A stretch of DNA of 24,874 nt, from positions 1-24,874 of the IMG/VR virus record IMGVR_UViG_3300048589_001640; one strand, 5' to 3'. Under the pieces are notes generated by a model that worked only from the letters and a program-made list of their open reading frames with translations, was not told the origin of the DNA and did not search any database. Origin of the DNA: a virus (lineage: Duplodnaviria > Caudoviricetes). Shown here in pieces: positions 24,593 to 24,874 of the stretch; position 1 is the stretch's first letter; every line of letters starts with the position of its first letter. A program made the translations under genes and the position numbers.

Positions 24593-24874
24593 ATGCGCGA
24601 GCTTGCCGAACTCGTGGTGCGCATTGCCGAACTGGAGCGCCGGTTCGCCAACATGATGCGCCACGGCACCGTCGAAGAGGTCGATGCCAAAAAGCAGCGC
24701 CTGCGCGTCCGGCTTGGCGAAGGCGACGACGGCGCGCCGTTCATCGGCCCCTGGGTGCCCTATGCGCAAATCGCGGGCGATTTAAAGCTGCATGCGCCGC
24801 CGAGCAAGGGCCAACAGATGACCATGCTGAACCCGACCGGCGATTTCCGGCAGGCGGTGGCGATCCCGCTCACA
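24593..24874 (+). CDS. Baseplate assembly protein V (P2 gpV-like spike), truncated by the window end
   Basis: Translated by hand: MRELAELVVRIAELERRFANMMRHGTVEEVDAKKQRLRVRLG...GPWVPY...AG......PPSKGQQM.MLNPTGD; AAGGA RBS. Confidence 0.88.
   Translation, partial: MRELAELVVRIAELERRFANMMRHGTVEEVDAKKQRLRVRLGEGDDGAPFIGPWVPYAQIAGDLKLHAPPSKGQQMTMLNPTGDFRQAVAIPLT

Larger units (their letters stand above)
1..24874. mobile_element. Temperate prophage, internal part (immunity, replication, packaging, head, start of tail); both ends lie outside the window
   Basis: Continuous, tightly coupled phage gene order from repressor/cro to terminase, portal, capsid and baseplate. Boundaries are not seen. Confidence 0.96.

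Overview
The whole window looks like the central part of a temperate prophage in a GC-rich alphaproteobacterial host. The host call (Rhizobiales/Bradyrhizobium-like) is inferred from the accessory gene families and codon style. From left to right it holds: a divergent cI/cro switch; a sigma-70-like regulator; a recombination/replication module (AAA_24 ATPase, SSB-like protein, SF2 helicase, Cas4-like nuclease, primase-helicase followed by an iteron-rich putative origin); RuvC-like, TSCPD-like, DUF6378-like and DUF6456-like genes; a displaced gpZ-like tail gene; a lambda-like cos candidate; a ParB-fused DNA methyltransferase; and a lambda-type head module (TerS, gpA TerL, gpW, portal, S49 protease, scaffold, decoration protein, major capsid) running into a P2-type baseplate gpV cut by the window edge. 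Three AT-richer accessory genes interrupt the late operon: an orphan ABC substrate-binding protein, a small membrane protein and a YkvA/DUF1232 protein. No integrase, att site, lysis gene, tRNA or CRISPR array is visible. The most notable signals are (i) an exact alphaproteobacterial LexA box in the first codons of cro, (ii) a protease/scaffold pair split by a single in-frame amber stop inside the scaffold RBS, (iii) a decayed duplicate of the decoration-gene start that now forms a hairpin, (iv) a W-x-DFNDA peptide shared by two replication proteins, and (v) the ACTCCT iteron cluster. All family calls come from motif recognition by eye; no database searches were run.
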